A stretch of DNA of 64,000 nucleotides from a virus (lineage: Duplodnaviria > Caudoviricetes). A program made the translations under genes and the position numbers. The notes beneath the pieces are model-generated. The model was given only the letters and a program-made list of their open reading frames with translations, did not search any database and was not told the DNA's origin. Shown here piece by piece: positions 9,434-19,789 of the stretch; the first letter of the stretch is position 1; every line of letters starts with the position of its first letter. The stretch spans positions 16,415-80,414 of the IMG/VR virus record IMGVR_UViG_3300023053_000008; one strand, written 5' to 3'.

Positions 9434-12412
9434 TTACTTAACTACATCTAAACTAATTAAGATACGTTCGATAACGTTGTTGAACTTAATTTTGATTTTA
9501 ACACGTAAAATCTTTTGAAGTTTATCATAATCAGAAGCTTCTACAGTAGCAGAAATTTCTTCACAGCTACGGTTAGTAATATACTTACTTAAGTAGTTAT
9601 TTACTTCATAGCTTAGAGCATTGATTGTTTCGATATCTTCAAACTCGAATTGATAATCTTCTACTAAGATCTCAACATTACGTTTAATATCTAATAAAGT
9701 TAGAACGTTATTGATATTAGCAAGTGGAGTATTCTTTTCACTACATGTTAACTGAGAACCAATCTTAGTACGACGTGTATCGCTCTCAACATAGTTGATT
9801 TTATTACGGTACATTTCTTCCTTATGGTTTTCATTAGGAATGTAGGAAATAGCTTTGTAACCATCAATGATACCACGACGTGGTCCAGCAATAGGATATT
9901 GTAAACCGTATTGTTTTGCAATAGACGGAATCTTATTAGCTAAGTAATAAGAGATTGTTACTTTAATATCTCTACCTGTATGTTCATCATAGTTAACAAA
10001 GTCTTGAGAGAATAGACCTGCTAATTCTGTAGCTGGAGAGAACTGAGTTTTCTTCCAAGTAATTGCTTGTTCAGGAGTAGCATGGAAACCAGTATCCATC
10101 CAAGCGAATATATCACGACGAATGTCACGAGCTAATTGGATCATAGCATTCTTAACTTCTACAGGATAGTTAGCATCTAAAACGTGTTGGAATGGTAACA
10201 CACGTTTATTAGTGATGTCTGGATCGATTAAACCTTTGTATCCTTTAATTAAAAGATCTTTAATTGCTTTATCACGTACAGAATTGTTAACATCGATTTC
10301 TAAATCTCCGTCACTACCGTTAGCGAACTTAATAGGATTATTGAAGTTCTGTAAAGCATTAGTAAAGATAATTGAGTTAAGAGCTACTAATTTATTAGTA
10401 GTTAAATCAATATTTAACTTAGCAGTTTTAATAAGAGCAATCTTTCCTTCAGGAGTAGCTAAAGAAGCTGTAACATTAATGCTTTCAGTATTCTTTAAGC
10501 TTAATACAGAAGGAGCAGCACTGTTTAGTACTTTATTCTTGATTGTTTCATTCTTGCTTAAGTTGATGTAAGCAATACTTTCAAGAATAACTTGATATAA
10601 CTTGTCGATGATCAATTCTAATTTGTTATAGATAGTAGCTTTTGTAGAAGCTTCATCAATAACGTTTACATAGCCATCAGCTAATGTTTGAATTAAATCA
10701 ACTACTTCATTATATAATGTAGCAGAAGCTGAAATTAATGTTTGAATAGATTCTGGAATAGTAGTACCGTAAACAGAGTTTACTAGATTAGTAGACACAT
10801 AATCATATTCATCACCGATAAGAGTAGTCAAGTATTTCATACCCTCAATTTCAGAACCAACAATACGTCCAAGTTTATAATCAAGAATTTGCTCAGATAA
10901 TTTGTTGATGTTACCTTTATGAGCAATACCGCTAATAACGATAATTTCTTTCTTATTTGCTTCACGAGTAATGTCGTTTAAGTTCTGTTCAGCTACAACT
11001 AATTGGTTACTAGATAAATCACTAGTAGCAGTACGACAGTAGTCTGCAACTAAATGCAATTCTTTTACTAAATCAGTAACTAAACTTTCAGTAGTATTAA
11101 TCAAGTTATTAAGCTTGAAGAAGTTTGCATCAGTTTTGTCAGCTAAGAAACTAGTGTAAGAACCTTCAACTAATGTCCAGTTAGTATTGATCTTTTCAAT
11201 CTTTTTATAAACTGAACATGCTGGATCGTCAATTTTATCACTGTTAGCTGTTTTGCTGTTGATAATAGAGTTTAAGATAGATACGAATGTATCATTTGTG
11301 ATAGCTTTCAATGAAGTTTTCATTGTATCTACTGTTTGTTTACCAGTTTCAAATTGCTTATCACGTACTTTATTATCAATGATAACGATTGAGTTTTCAA
11401 TCTCATCATCAGAAGCAGGAATATTTTGAATATTCTCACCATTAGTTGTAAGTGGTTTACCAGTACGATCATAACGGTGTAATGAGAAGTGAATGTCCTC
11501 ATAGTTACTTGTGATTTTAGAGAAGAAAGCTTCTGGTTTATCATTGATTAAACGAGATTTACCAGTTAAGACATCAATCTTTCCTGGTGCTACCTCTTTA
11601 TTGATTAAAGAAGTAATATAATCGAAAGATTCTTCATTGAATTTACATTTTAGGTGTTTAGAATATTTATTGATTACGTCCTCAATAAACATACTTTCAT
11701 TTGAACTAGATAGAGTATCTGGATCGAATGACACATAGAATGGACCTTCAATAAGGTTTGCAGTGTTGTACTCATCAAATCGAATTACTTCGAAGTTATA
11801 AATACGAGAATCATAAGTATCTTCAAAAGAAGTATTTAATGAAATTCTGAAACCTAAGTTATTGTAAGAAGAACCACGACCAGTTGGATATACAACGAAT
11901 AAGAAGTTATTCTTGTACTCATCCACTGTTAACTCATCACGTTCTTTAAGTAATTCATATTCAAGTAATTTGTCAGAAACGTTATTTACTTCAGCATAAG
12001 TAACAATAGGACGCATAAATACGTCATTTACTTCTACTAATTTACCATTAACGTCTTGAACTTTTTTCTTACTAGATTTTGTTTGAATGTTTAAGAAAGC
12101 ATGAGCAAATCCTGCATTATCAGGAAGTACACGTAAAATATCAGCTTCTCCACCTGCAGATAACCAGTTAAGAACGTTATAACCAGCTTGACCATATTTT
12201 TTCAAGTTTGGATTACCGTACTTAAAGATAAATTCCTCTGGAGAAGTGACTGTATTAGTTTTACCATCTTCACCTTTTTCTGATACGATAGCTGTAAATA
12301 ATCTTACATTACCACTAGCGTTCTGATAGGAAATTTCTTCACTATTAATAACAGATGTAACAGTAGGATGAAGATAAGTTAAACCTGTATCATTAAATGA
12401 ACTCTGAGCCAT
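9434..12412 (-). CDS. Contractile tail sheath protein with a large central insertion
   Basis: N-terminal SPEEFIFKYGNP and C-terminal sheath domain (PIAGPRRG, LANINNVLTLLDIKR, VKIKFNNVIERI). Confidence 0.9.
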   Translation of the reverse strand: MAQSSFNDTGLTYLHPTVTSVINSEEISYQNASGNVRLFTAIVSEKGEDGKTNTVTSPEEFIFKYGNPNLKKYGQAGYNVLNWLSAGGEADILRVLPDNAGFAHAFLNIQTKSSKKKVQDVNGKLVEVNDVFMRPIVTYAEVNNVSDKLLEYELLKERDELTVDEYKNNFLFVVYPTGRGSSYNNLGFRISLNTSFEDTYDSRIYNFEVIRFDEYNTANLIEGPFYVSFDPDTLSSSNESMFIEDVINKYSKHLKCKFNEESFDYITSLINKEVAPGKIDVLTGKSRLINDKPEAFFSKITSNYEDIHFSLHRYDRTGKPLTTNGENIQNIPASDDEIENSIVIIDNKVRDKQFETGKQTVDTMKTSLKAITNDTFVSILNSIINSKTANSDKIDDPACSVYKKIEKINTNWTLVEGSYTSFLADKTDANFFKLNNLINTTESLVTDLVKELHLVADYCRTATSDLSSNQLVVAEQNLNDITREANKKEIIVISGIAHKGNINKLSEQILDYKLGRIVGSEIEGMKYLTTLIGDEYDYVSTNLVNSVYGTTIPESIQTLISASATLYNEVVDLIQTLADGYVNVIDEASTKATIYNKLELIIDKLYQVILESIAYINLSKNETIKNKVLNSAAPSVLSLKNTESINVTASLATPEGKIALIKTAKLNIDLTTNKLVALNSIIFTNALQNFNNPIKFANGSDGDLEIDVNNSVRDKAIKDLLIKGYKGLIDPDITNKRVLPFQHVLDANYPVEVKNAMIQLARDIRRDIFAWMDTGFHATPEQAITWKKTQFSPATELAGLFSQDFVNYDEHTGRDIKVTISYYLANKIPSIAKQYGLQYPIAGPRRGIIDGYKAISYIPNENHKEEMYRNKINYVESDTRRTKIGSQLTCSEKNTPLANINNVLTLLDIKRNVEILVEDYQFEFEDIETINALSYEVNNYLSKYITNRSCEEISATVEASDYDKLQKILRVKIKIKFNNVIERILISLDVVK

Positions 12413-12451
12413 CTTTATCTCTCCTTTTCTTTTTAGTTAATGAAAACTTCT

Positions 12452-12463
12452 TAATTAAATGTT
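12452..12463 (-). promoter_or_regulatory. Late promoter motif AACA-N6-TA
   Basis: Minus strand AACA TTTAAT TA upstream of the sheath gene. Confidence 0.7.
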
Positions 12464-12474
12464 TCCAAAGCATA

Positions 12475-13227
12475 TCAATATTTTATTGTTTTCTCAATTG
12501 GCGAATCAACTTCTTTTTCACCGTTACGGTTTTTCTTAATAGAAGATATAAGTGATTGGTTCATATCTTCAAACGTTATTGCAGTGAAAGTTGAGCTTAA
12601 TGGAGGTAAACGCTTTAGATTAATGTTCTCATAATCATATTGAGTAATACCTGCTTTATCCTTACCAATCTCTTTACGGAAAGGTTGTGTTAAATCTTTC
12701 TTATCACGACACAATTCAGCAATGATAATTTCAAAGATGATTGCAGGGTTATTAAGATTAACTTGGTTAAGTGTAATACTTTCAATATAAAGTTTAATAA
12801 TATCTTCATAAGGGATGATGCTCGGTAAATTACCATTATGTAGAAGATAAATAAAGTCTTTACTATTTTCTGCTGTTTGCTCTGAAGATGTGTTATAAAT
12901 AAAGATATTACCTTTTTCTAAGCAGAATACATGATAATCATCTTCTTTTAATTCTGGTTTAATCTTCTTCTTATTAGCAGTCTTAACATCAACATAATCA
13001 AATTCAATCTTCATAGGAACTTTTAATGAGTGAATACTACCTTCTTTACCTTTATCTTTCTCATCTTGAGTATATACAATAAATGAAAAGATACCCATTG
13101 TATTAATTTTATCACCATTGTAAGAAGCAATACCTTTTTTAAAATAGTCTTTTGGAACGTAAATCTCCATATAATCACCTTCAAAGATAATTCGACTATC
13201 TTCACGTCTTAGGAATTTATATTTCAT
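12475..13227 (-). CDS. rpoC: RNA polymerase beta' C-terminal fragment, probably of the virion RNAP
   Basis: IFEIIIAELCRD resembles beta' HIEIIVRQMLR and STFTAITFEDMNQSL resembles SFISAASFQETTRVL; lies in the late cluster. Confidence 0.68.
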   Translation of the reverse strand: MKYKFLRREDSRIIFEGDYMEIYVPKDYFKKGIASYNGDKINTMGIFSFIVYTQDEKDKGKEGSIHSLKVPMKIEFDYVDVKTANKKKIKPELKEDDYHVFCLEKGNIFIYNTSSEQTAENSKDFIYLLHNGNLPSIIPYEDIIKLYIESITLNQVNLNNPAIIFEIIIAELCRDKKDLTQPFRKEIGKDKAGITQYDYENINLKRLPPLSSTFTAITFEDMNQSLISSIKKNRNGEKEVDSPIEKTIKY

Positions 13228-13248
13228 ATTTATTCTCCTCTCTAATTT

Positions 13249-13260
13249 TAATAGAATGTT
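13249..13260 (-). promoter_or_regulatory. Late promoter motif AACA-N6-TA
   Basis: Minus strand AACA TTCTAT TA. Confidence 0.7.
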
Positions 13261-13301
13261 ATGGTAAATGGATATTCTAAAGAGAATAATCCATTTACCA
13301 T
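13261..13301. terminator. Terminator hairpin
   Basis: ATGGTAAATGGAT...ATCCATTTACCAT 13-bp stem. Confidence 0.65.
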
Positions 13302-13311
13302 TTTTATAAGG

Positions 13312-13986
13312 TTATTTGCCTAACTTTTTATCACAGATAGATGTTAAGGCGTTTACAAACGTTTCTTGTTCTTCAGTATCAATATCATAACCCATATATT
13401 TAACGTTCTTTAATAGACCGCTTACATATACAGCAAATTTAGTTAAATCAGTTTTAGCAATAAAATCATAAATCAAGTAAGTTAAATAAGTAGCATGTTG
13501 TTTGTATTCTTCTGGTAAGAATGCTTTTAAAGTATTTTCTACATCTACTTTAGGGTAAGAATATTTTTTATCTGAATATAATTTAATATAAACACCACGT
13601 TCAAGAATATCTAAACTCTTTTTAAGTGTTTTCTTACCGACATTATGTTTACCTAAACGATCTAATGTAAGAGTATCTTCTACTAATGCTTTTTGTTTTA
13701 ATAGAGTATCCTTGATATCTTGACCTAGTTCTTCATTAGATAATAATTCTTCAATACGTCCTAAAGTATGAGCTACTTTTAAACCGTTTTTAATTTCTTT
13801 AGCTTTTTCATCATTTTTGATTTTATCTTCAATATCAGATAATTCTTTTTGACTTTCTTTAAAGCTGTCTGAAAGTTCTTTAGCTCCTTCTTCTTGACTG
13901 ATTACTTCATCACTTAATTCTTCTACGATGTTATTTGATACCTTTTTAAATTCATCCAATGAAATTCCTAGTTGTGTGTTTAACAT
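13312..13986 (-). CDS. Hypothetical protein in the virion module
   Basis: 224 aa ORF, RBS GGAGG. Confidence 0.8.
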   Translation of the reverse strand: MLNTQLGISLDEFKKVSNNIVEELSDEVISQEEGAKELSDSFKESQKELSDIEDKIKNDEKAKEIKNGLKVAHTLGRIEELLSNEELGQDIKDTLLKQKALVEDTLTLDRLGKHNVGKKTLKKSLDILERGVYIKLYSDKKYSYPKVDVENTLKAFLPEEYKQHATYLTYLIYDFIAKTDLTKFAVYVSGLLKNVKYMGYDIDTEEQETFVNALTSICDKKLGK

Positions 13987-14006
13987 AATAATTCCTCCAA
14001 TAAGTT

Positions 14007-14780
14007 TTATTTAGTAGTGTTTGTTTTAAAAATTTTAATTAATCTTGATTTAACTTTCATCTGCAATGAATCATTTGCTTTGATATATGGTTTAAGAGTT
14101 TCAAATAGATTTGATTCAAAACCTACATCAGAGAAACGTTCTTCCATTAATACGTTTCTAATATAGAAATTAGTAAGCATTTCTGGATCATTTTTAGTCA
14201 TTAAATCAATTAAATAAGCATTGTCTTCAATTTCAATTGAATCAATGATTTCATCTAAATTGAATACAATAAAAATATTTTCATTGTTTAAATACTTTTT
14301 AAGATTAACAAATGATAAATCTTTTTTATTTGTATTAGGTTTGAATGCTTTTACTAAATTCTTACGTTCTGTAGTAATATAATTAACTAGGAAGTTAATA
14401 CAATTATCTTGTAAATCTATAATAAAGAATTTGTAGAAAGATTCAATTAATTCTAATCTATCATTAAATGTTACTGATTCTGAGAAATCTACTTTAATAT
14501 TGAACTTTTCAGTAATCAGAACTTTAATCTCTTCATAAACCTTTTCAATTGCACTTTTAATCTTAGTTGTAATCTCTTCATTATCTTTATATTTATTCAT
14601 TACATAATTATAACGTTGAATAAAGTAAGGAAGATAAGATGTTTGAATCTCTTTTTGATCCAATAATATACCATTAATCTGGTCTTCAATATTTTTTAAT
14701 ACGATATCATCAGATAATGTGTTTATAATTTGATCAATGTCTCTTTCTGTAAAGAAGTCTCGGTTACTATCATTAATCAT
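14007..14780 (-). CDS. Hypothetical protein in the virion module (start moved to MINDSN)
   Basis: ATG at 14780 has RBS AAAGGGG; the track start at 14840 has none. Confidence 0.75.
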   Translation of the reverse strand: MINDSNRDFFTERDIDQIINTLSDDIVLKNIEDQINGILLDQKEIQTSYLPYFIQRYNYVMNKYKDNEEITTKIKSAIEKVYEEIKVLITEKFNIKVDFSESVTFNDRLELIESFYKFFIIDLQDNCINFLVNYITTERKNLVKAFKPNTNKKDLSFVNLKKYLNNENIFIVFNLDEIIDSIEIEDNAYLIDLMTKNDPEMLTNFYIRNVLMEERFSDVGFESNLFETLKPYIKANDSLQMKVKSRLIKIFKTNTTK

Positions 14781-14845
14781 TGCTATTGCCCCTTTATAAA
14801 AAATAATTATATAATATAAAATATGTATACTAACTAACACAAAAT

Positions 14846-14857
14846 TATTTTTATGTT
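14846..14857 (-). promoter_or_regulatory. Late promoter motif inside a 12-bp inverted repeat
   Basis: Minus strand AACA TAAAAA TA; mirrored on the plus strand by AACA CAAAAT TA at 14836-14847. Confidence 0.55.
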
Positions 14858-14874
14858 AGTTAGTATTTAATTTT

Positions 14875-15084
14875 TTAAAATTCTACTTTCTCTAAATATT
14901 TTACATTAACATCATATGTCATTCCAATTTCCTCTTTAAGAGTCTTATGCTTAATAATTTTTACATTAGCAATATTACCTCTTAATTGGACTATTTGACC
15001 TGTCATATATTCATTAGTAATGCAGAATATTTCATTAGATTCAGGTGTACCTTTAACTAAATCATAACGTTGTAATTTAGCCAT
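14875..15084 (-). CDS. Small hypothetical protein
   Basis: 69 aa, RBS GGAGG, directly after terL. Confidence 0.7.
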   Translation of the reverse strand: MAKLQRYDLVKGTPESNEIFCITNEYMTGQIVQLRGNIANVKIIKHKTLKEEIGMTYDVNVKYLEKVEF

Positions 15085-15086
15085 AA

Positions 15087-17048
15087 TTATCCTCCTATAA
15101 TGAAATTAATCATTCTAATTCTCTTAGCGTTCTTATTATCTGGGTTGTTAGCAGGATTCATAGGATTTTTTGGATCTAAGAAATCATCAATAATCCTTTG
15201 AGAAGTACTGAAGTCAGTAAAGTTTTCATATGGTTTAGAAAGATTCTTAATTCTATTAACCATTGTTTTATCTGCATTTCCAGTATCAAATGATCTATCA
15301 CTGATTTCCTTAAGGAATTTATTAATATTAGTACCATAAATTAAAGCATAAAGACCGATTAAGTAAGCCATTAAGCTATCATCATGGAATCCTGGTCCAT
15401 GTTCAATCTTACCTCGTTTAGTACGTATTAAACTACGAATTTCAGCGAAGATTTTCTTACTTATTAATGAATCAGTTCTTTCATTAATCATCATAAATAG
15501 AATCTCATTAATCATGATATCCCTAGAATTCTTAAGTGTATTAATACCATAGATTCTAGTTTCAGTACCAGAATTTGTAGACTTTTTCTTAGGATCGGTA
15601 ATTTTCTTCTGTCCTTTTTCCTTCCTAACTTCATAATAAAGATTGGAAGCAATACTTGAACGTAATAGTAAGTCAATAACAGCAATACCTGCGTTATTTC
15701 GCTCTACTACGACTACAGCACTTGGTAAATACTGTTCTATTAAATGAATTATAACTATACTTAAATCAGTTGTACCAATAGTATTACTATTAAATTCGCA
15801 TACTGGTTTAAGAGATGCTGGATCAATAACTGTTATTGCAGAGGAGTCTTCACTTAAACCAGCCGCTACATCGACAGATACTATCCATGATTTATTTCTT
15901 AAATTCTTCATATCTTCAATAATATCGAAACGATATACTTCATTAATAAAGAATTTAGCTAAAGGTTCTTTAACATATTGCTCAATCATAGACAATTGTT
16001 CCTCTGAGAATGGAGAAACGTTATTTGCATATGTCCACTCAAGTAATAACTCACGTTTAACTTTAAGCATGTTACCAAATAAGTCAGCAATCTGTTCTTT
16101 TAACCATTTCTCATCTCGTCCTAGTTCTTTATAAGTGAACTCGATACGAATGAATTTATTTTTAGAATGTTCCAATATATGCTCTCTGATTTTAGTAGAA
16201 TCCCAATCATACCATGTTTCATCAAACCAAAGCGCATCTGTTAATATTTTGTGACAGAATTTTCCCTCTTTTGAATCTAAATCATTAGGTGTTGTCGTAA
16301 TTAATTTTCCAAACGGTGCTCCACGTTTTCCTGCTTCCTCAGAAGCTTTTGTAAGTGCTGGAGATGCAGATTCGTATATAGTATCATTAAATTTTAAGAA
16401 TGCAAACTCATCAAACCAACATACAGGAATAGTTAAACCACGACCTAATTTATCGGCATTAGGTTTATCTTTAGCTGTACTTAAGGCTTTAATAGTGTTA
16501 TTATTCTCATCACATCTAATTAAGTTAACGTTATTAGTATCAATCTTAGGATTTAAATGTGGTTTAAGATATTCTGGTAGTAATTCCATGATATCTGTAA
16601 GACGTTTAATATTTAACTGAGAATCCCCTAACTCCTTGTTACTAAATACAATATTAGAGTTTTGTGTTGAGTAGTTATAAACCCAAGAATAATAAGATAC
16701 CGCACCAATAGTCTTGCCATGCTGACGTGGTAGTATTTCTATTATATTTAAGTTTAAGTTCATACAGAATGTTTGCGCTAAGTTACCTCTATGAAGTAAA
16801 TAAGGTGTATGACCACCTGGCACTGGTATTCTTATAACTTCTCTTAAGTAGTACCATACATTAATACGACATTCTTTAAGAATCCTTACTTGCATTTCTA
16901 ATGAAAGATTAGGATCATGTGGATCGACATCTAATAAGTTAGAATCATAAAGGGCTAAGAAGAATTTATTATTTTGTATACCCATATCTTTAAGTTCTTT
17001 AAACATTTTTAAGAAACTTACGTTTGTGGTATTATATTGATAAACCAT
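15087..17048 (-). CDS. terL: Terminase large subunit
   Basis: Walker A PRQHGKT, Walker B WFDEFAF, TTTP coupling motif, RNase H-like VSVDVAAG and HDDSLMA. Confidence 0.93.
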   Translation of the reverse strand: MVYQYNTTNVSFLKMFKELKDMGIQNNKFFLALYDSNLLDVDPHDPNLSLEMQVRILKECRINVWYYLREVIRIPVPGGHTPYLLHRGNLAQTFCMNLNLNIIEILPRQHGKTIGAVSYYSWVYNYSTQNSNIVFSNKELGDSQLNIKRLTDIMELLPEYLKPHLNPKIDTNNVNLIRCDENNNTIKALSTAKDKPNADKLGRGLTIPVCWFDEFAFLKFNDTIYESASPALTKASEEAGKRGAPFGKLITTTPNDLDSKEGKFCHKILTDALWFDETWYDWDSTKIREHILEHSKNKFIRIEFTYKELGRDEKWLKEQIADLFGNMLKVKRELLLEWTYANNVSPFSEEQLSMIEQYVKEPLAKFFINEVYRFDIIEDMKNLRNKSWIVSVDVAAGLSEDSSAITVIDPASLKPVCEFNSNTIGTTDLSIVIIHLIEQYLPSAVVVVERNNAGIAVIDLLLRSSIASNLYYEVRKEKGQKKITDPKKKSTNSGTETRIYGINTLKNSRDIMINEILFMMINERTDSLISKKIFAEIRSLIRTKRGKIEHGPGFHDDSLMAYLIGLYALIYGTNINKFLKEISDRSFDTGNADKTMVNRIKNLSKPYENFTDFSTSQRIIDDFLDPKNPMNPANNPDNKNAKRIRMINFIIGG

Positions 17049-17066
17049 CTTAGTACACCCCTTCCT

Positions 17067-18032
17067 TTATTTTTCTATATTATCTATTTGTTTTAAAATT
17101 TCTTTTATAGCTTTTCTCATTTCCTCACCGTTCTCAGGATCGTTCATCTCTTTAATCAACTCTCGTTTAATGAGTTGACGTCTTAGATAAGTAGCACTAA
17201 ATTGGTTTGAAATCCATGTAAAGATGTTTTTATCTTTTTTAATCTTGCCTGACATGACCATTTCAAACTCAGCCATTGTCTCATAGATTTCTTTACCATA
17301 ACCATATTTAACAGCAAACTTATCACTCCAAGCTTCTGATTTTGAATAATAGCGAATAGATACTAATGTTGAAGAGTAAACATAAGATACCATGATAAGA
17401 GCAGCGATTGCTGGAATTGGTGAAATAAGACTTAGTATAGTACTAGGGATACTAATACCTGCTATAACTAATTCTATAATTTTTCCTTCAGCATTCAACT
17501 TTTTCTGTACTGGTAAGTAGACCTTATGTCCGATTTCATGGAGGATTACAGCAGTGATGTGTCTTCCAGTAAGACCTCTAAATTTACATAACTTCAAGAA
17601 GCCTTCTTCAATGTACATATTAGCTTCTCTTCGTTTAATAAATTTATATCCAGTTTCTTTATCTTTAATAGCTTCTTCAGCTATACCTTTAGCTTCCTCT
17701 TTAGTAAGGAATATGCACGCACCGTATGAAAGACTATTAGGACGACTGATATCTACTGCAATACGGCTTTTAAGATTAAATGTCTTGTCAAGAATCTTTT
17801 CAATCTTAATAAGCATGCTTTCAAACTTCTTATCATGAACATCCTTTATGTTTTTATAACGTTGAATGCCTTTTAAAGAATATGCAGTGGTATTTTCAAC
17901 TACATATCTATCTAATATTTGTTGAAATAGAGTATCAATCGTACTTAAGTCGTTCACACTATATACTTCTTCTAATAGAAGTCTCTTTTCTTCTAAACTG
18001 TTAGCATTAAATTTACCCTTCATAAATGACAA
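17067..18032 (-). CDS. Putative zinc metallopeptidase, head-associated
   Basis: ILHEIGH (HEXXH), hydrophobic segment, downstream SEAWSDKFAVKYGYG; lies between capsid and terL. Confidence 0.6.
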   Translation of the reverse strand: MSFMKGKFNANSLEEKRLLLEEVYSVNDLSTIDTLFQQILDRYVVENTTAYSLKGIQRYKNIKDVHDKKFESMLIKIEKILDKTFNLKSRIAVDISRPNSLSYGACIFLTKEEAKGIAEEAIKDKETGYKFIKRREANMYIEEGFLKLCKFRGLTGRHITAVILHEIGHKVYLPVQKKLNAEGKIIELVIAGISIPSTILSLISPIPAIAALIMVSYVYSSTLVSIRYYSKSEAWSDKFAVKYGYGKEIYETMAEFEMVMSGKIKKDKNIFTWISNQFSATYLRRQLIKRELIKEMNDPENGEEMRKAIKEILKQIDNIEK

Positions 18033-18055
18033 CCTTTCTAAAAATTATTATATAT

Positions 18056-18091
18056 AAAAACCAATCAGACTATTATGCCTGATTGGTTTTT
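18056..18091 (-). terminator. Terminator after the major capsid gene
   Basis: AAAAACCAATCAG...CTGATTGGTTTTT. Confidence 0.75.
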
Positions 18092-18095
18092 AATT

Positions 18096-19679
18096 TTAGT
18101 ATGGTCGAGTTAAAGTACCATCGTTGTTTAAGATATCAATCTTACCAATTAATGGAGTGAACTCTTCAAGTGTATGACGTTTTGTCATCATTACACTTGG
18201 TACGTTTTGTTTCTGAGTATTCAAGTAGTTATTTACTACGTTGAATGTGTAAGGGTAGTAAGCAAAAGTCTTGAACTTATCTGTACTTGGACAGAAGAAG
18301 ATCGTTAATTTTCCTTGTGGAATAATGTCAGAAGAAATGATATTGAAACGATCAGATCCAGACATAGCACCAATGCTGTATTCTACCTCAACACCGTTTT
18401 GAGTGTCAGAAACGTTATTGAATGACCAAGACACGTTTGGAATTAACATTGTGTCTAATGGGTTACCAATAATCACAAAGTATCCTTGGTAGTAGTAAGT
18501 GTCGTTTTTCATTTTCTTAGCTAAGAAGTTGATAACACGACGGATTTCAGTTAACCAATCTTGTGGATTACCAGCAAATTGAGGAGCAGGATGCACGTCG
18601 AATTTAGCATGATAAGTACCACCAGTACCTTCGTAAGCTTTATCTAAGAACATTAAGATCTCTTGGTCAACTTTTAATGAGTTAAGATTTGACATGATGT
18701 CAATAACCTCTGACGCACCATCGATGTTATAAAGAGCCATAGCATCTTGTAAGAACTCAAGTGGCAGAGAAGCCTCAATGTGTTCGCCAGTTGGAATTTC
18801 GATTTCACGTTTAGTTAACTCGAAGCTAACGTTTGTAGCAGTGTTGTGAGCTTCAGAAGAAACCCAACCTAAAATTTTAACACCTTTAACAGTTTGTTTA
18901 AGAGATGTTAAAGTAAGAGTACCTTTTGCTAAGTCTACTCCACCCATTACTACATCTTCAGTAACAGTACCATCAGTATGTTTAGCAGAAACTTCACCAT
19001 ATAGACGACGGTTAAGGTCAGCTTTGATGTTAACTACTACTTCTTTAACTTCTGGATTTGCACCATCTTTATCTTTAGCTTCAATTGAAACACGATCAAT
19101 GATGAACTTAGTATCAATTGAATCACCTGTAGCGATAGAAGAACCAACTGGTCCTAAAAGATCTACTGCCATAGCAGGTAATGCGATAAGGTCTTTAGTT
19201 AAGCGTTTTTTCTCAGCTAAAGTATTTGCAGGATCACGCATTCCTTCTGGTAAATACTTACGTTCACCTGTTGGTAATTGAACGAAAGGTTTAGAGAATG
19301 GAACTGTGAATGCTGGTGCATTTACTGGTTCAGTTGGAATTGCATATTTAAGAGCAATTTTTGCCCACATTTTACGAATAATTGGTACAGTGAAAGAAGA
19401 AATAGGAGCGATTCCGCCTAAATTCGACTCACGGATAATATTCATACGAGCGTTTTCCATTAGAACACGAACTGTCTCTTGATCAGTTGCATCTAAATCT
19501 TCTGTAAAGTAATCTACATAAGAGTTGTATTGTGAGCTATTAGAGATAACCTCTTTAATACCTTCACCAAGAATATTTACTTGATACTTCTGTTTGAAGA
19601 AATCATTAGCTTCTTTAAGCACAGTACTGAATTCATCATTTACTGACTTAGTTAATGTTTGTTTGTATTGTACAACCAT
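18096..19679 (-). CDS. Major capsid protein (T4 gp23-like, HK97 fold)
   Basis: 527 aa with strongly biased codons; PTEPVNAPAF and ELTKREIEIPT...ASLPLEFLQDAMALYNID match the gp23 pattern; own late promoter and terminator. Confidence 0.88.
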   Translation of the reverse strand: MVVQYKQTLTKSVNDEFSTVLKEANDFFKQKYQVNILGEGIKEVISNSSQYNSYVDYFTEDLDATDQETVRVLMENARMNIIRESNLGGIAPISSFTVPIIRKMWAKIALKYAIPTEPVNAPAFTVPFSKPFVQLPTGERKYLPEGMRDPANTLAEKKRLTKDLIALPAMAVDLLGPVGSSIATGDSIDTKFIIDRVSIEAKDKDGANPEVKEVVVNIKADLNRRLYGEVSAKHTDGTVTEDVVMGGVDLAKGTLTLTSLKQTVKGVKILGWVSSEAHNTATNVSFELTKREIEIPTGEHIEASLPLEFLQDAMALYNIDGASEVIDIMSNLNSLKVDQEILMFLDKAYEGTGGTYHAKFDVHPAPQFAGNPQDWLTEIRRVINFLAKKMKNDTYYYQGYFVIIGNPLDTMLIPNVSWSFNNVSDTQNGVEVEYSIGAMSGSDRFNIISSDIIPQGKLTIFFCPSTDKFKTFAYYPYTFNVVNNYLNTQKQNVPSVMMTKRHTLEEFTPLIGKIDILNNDGTLTRPY

Positions 19680-19748
19680 AATTTAACTACTCTCCTTCAT
19701 AAAATTATTATTAATTATTTTGTTATGAAATAAACTATAGAAAATATA

Positions 19749-19760
19749 TAATTTTTTGTT
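19749..19760 (-). promoter_or_regulatory. Late promoter motif AACA-N6-TA
   Basis: Minus strand AACA AAAAAT TA upstream of the capsid gene. Confidence 0.7.
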
Positions 19761-19789
19761 TAAAAAAATTAATCATAAAAACTATATAT

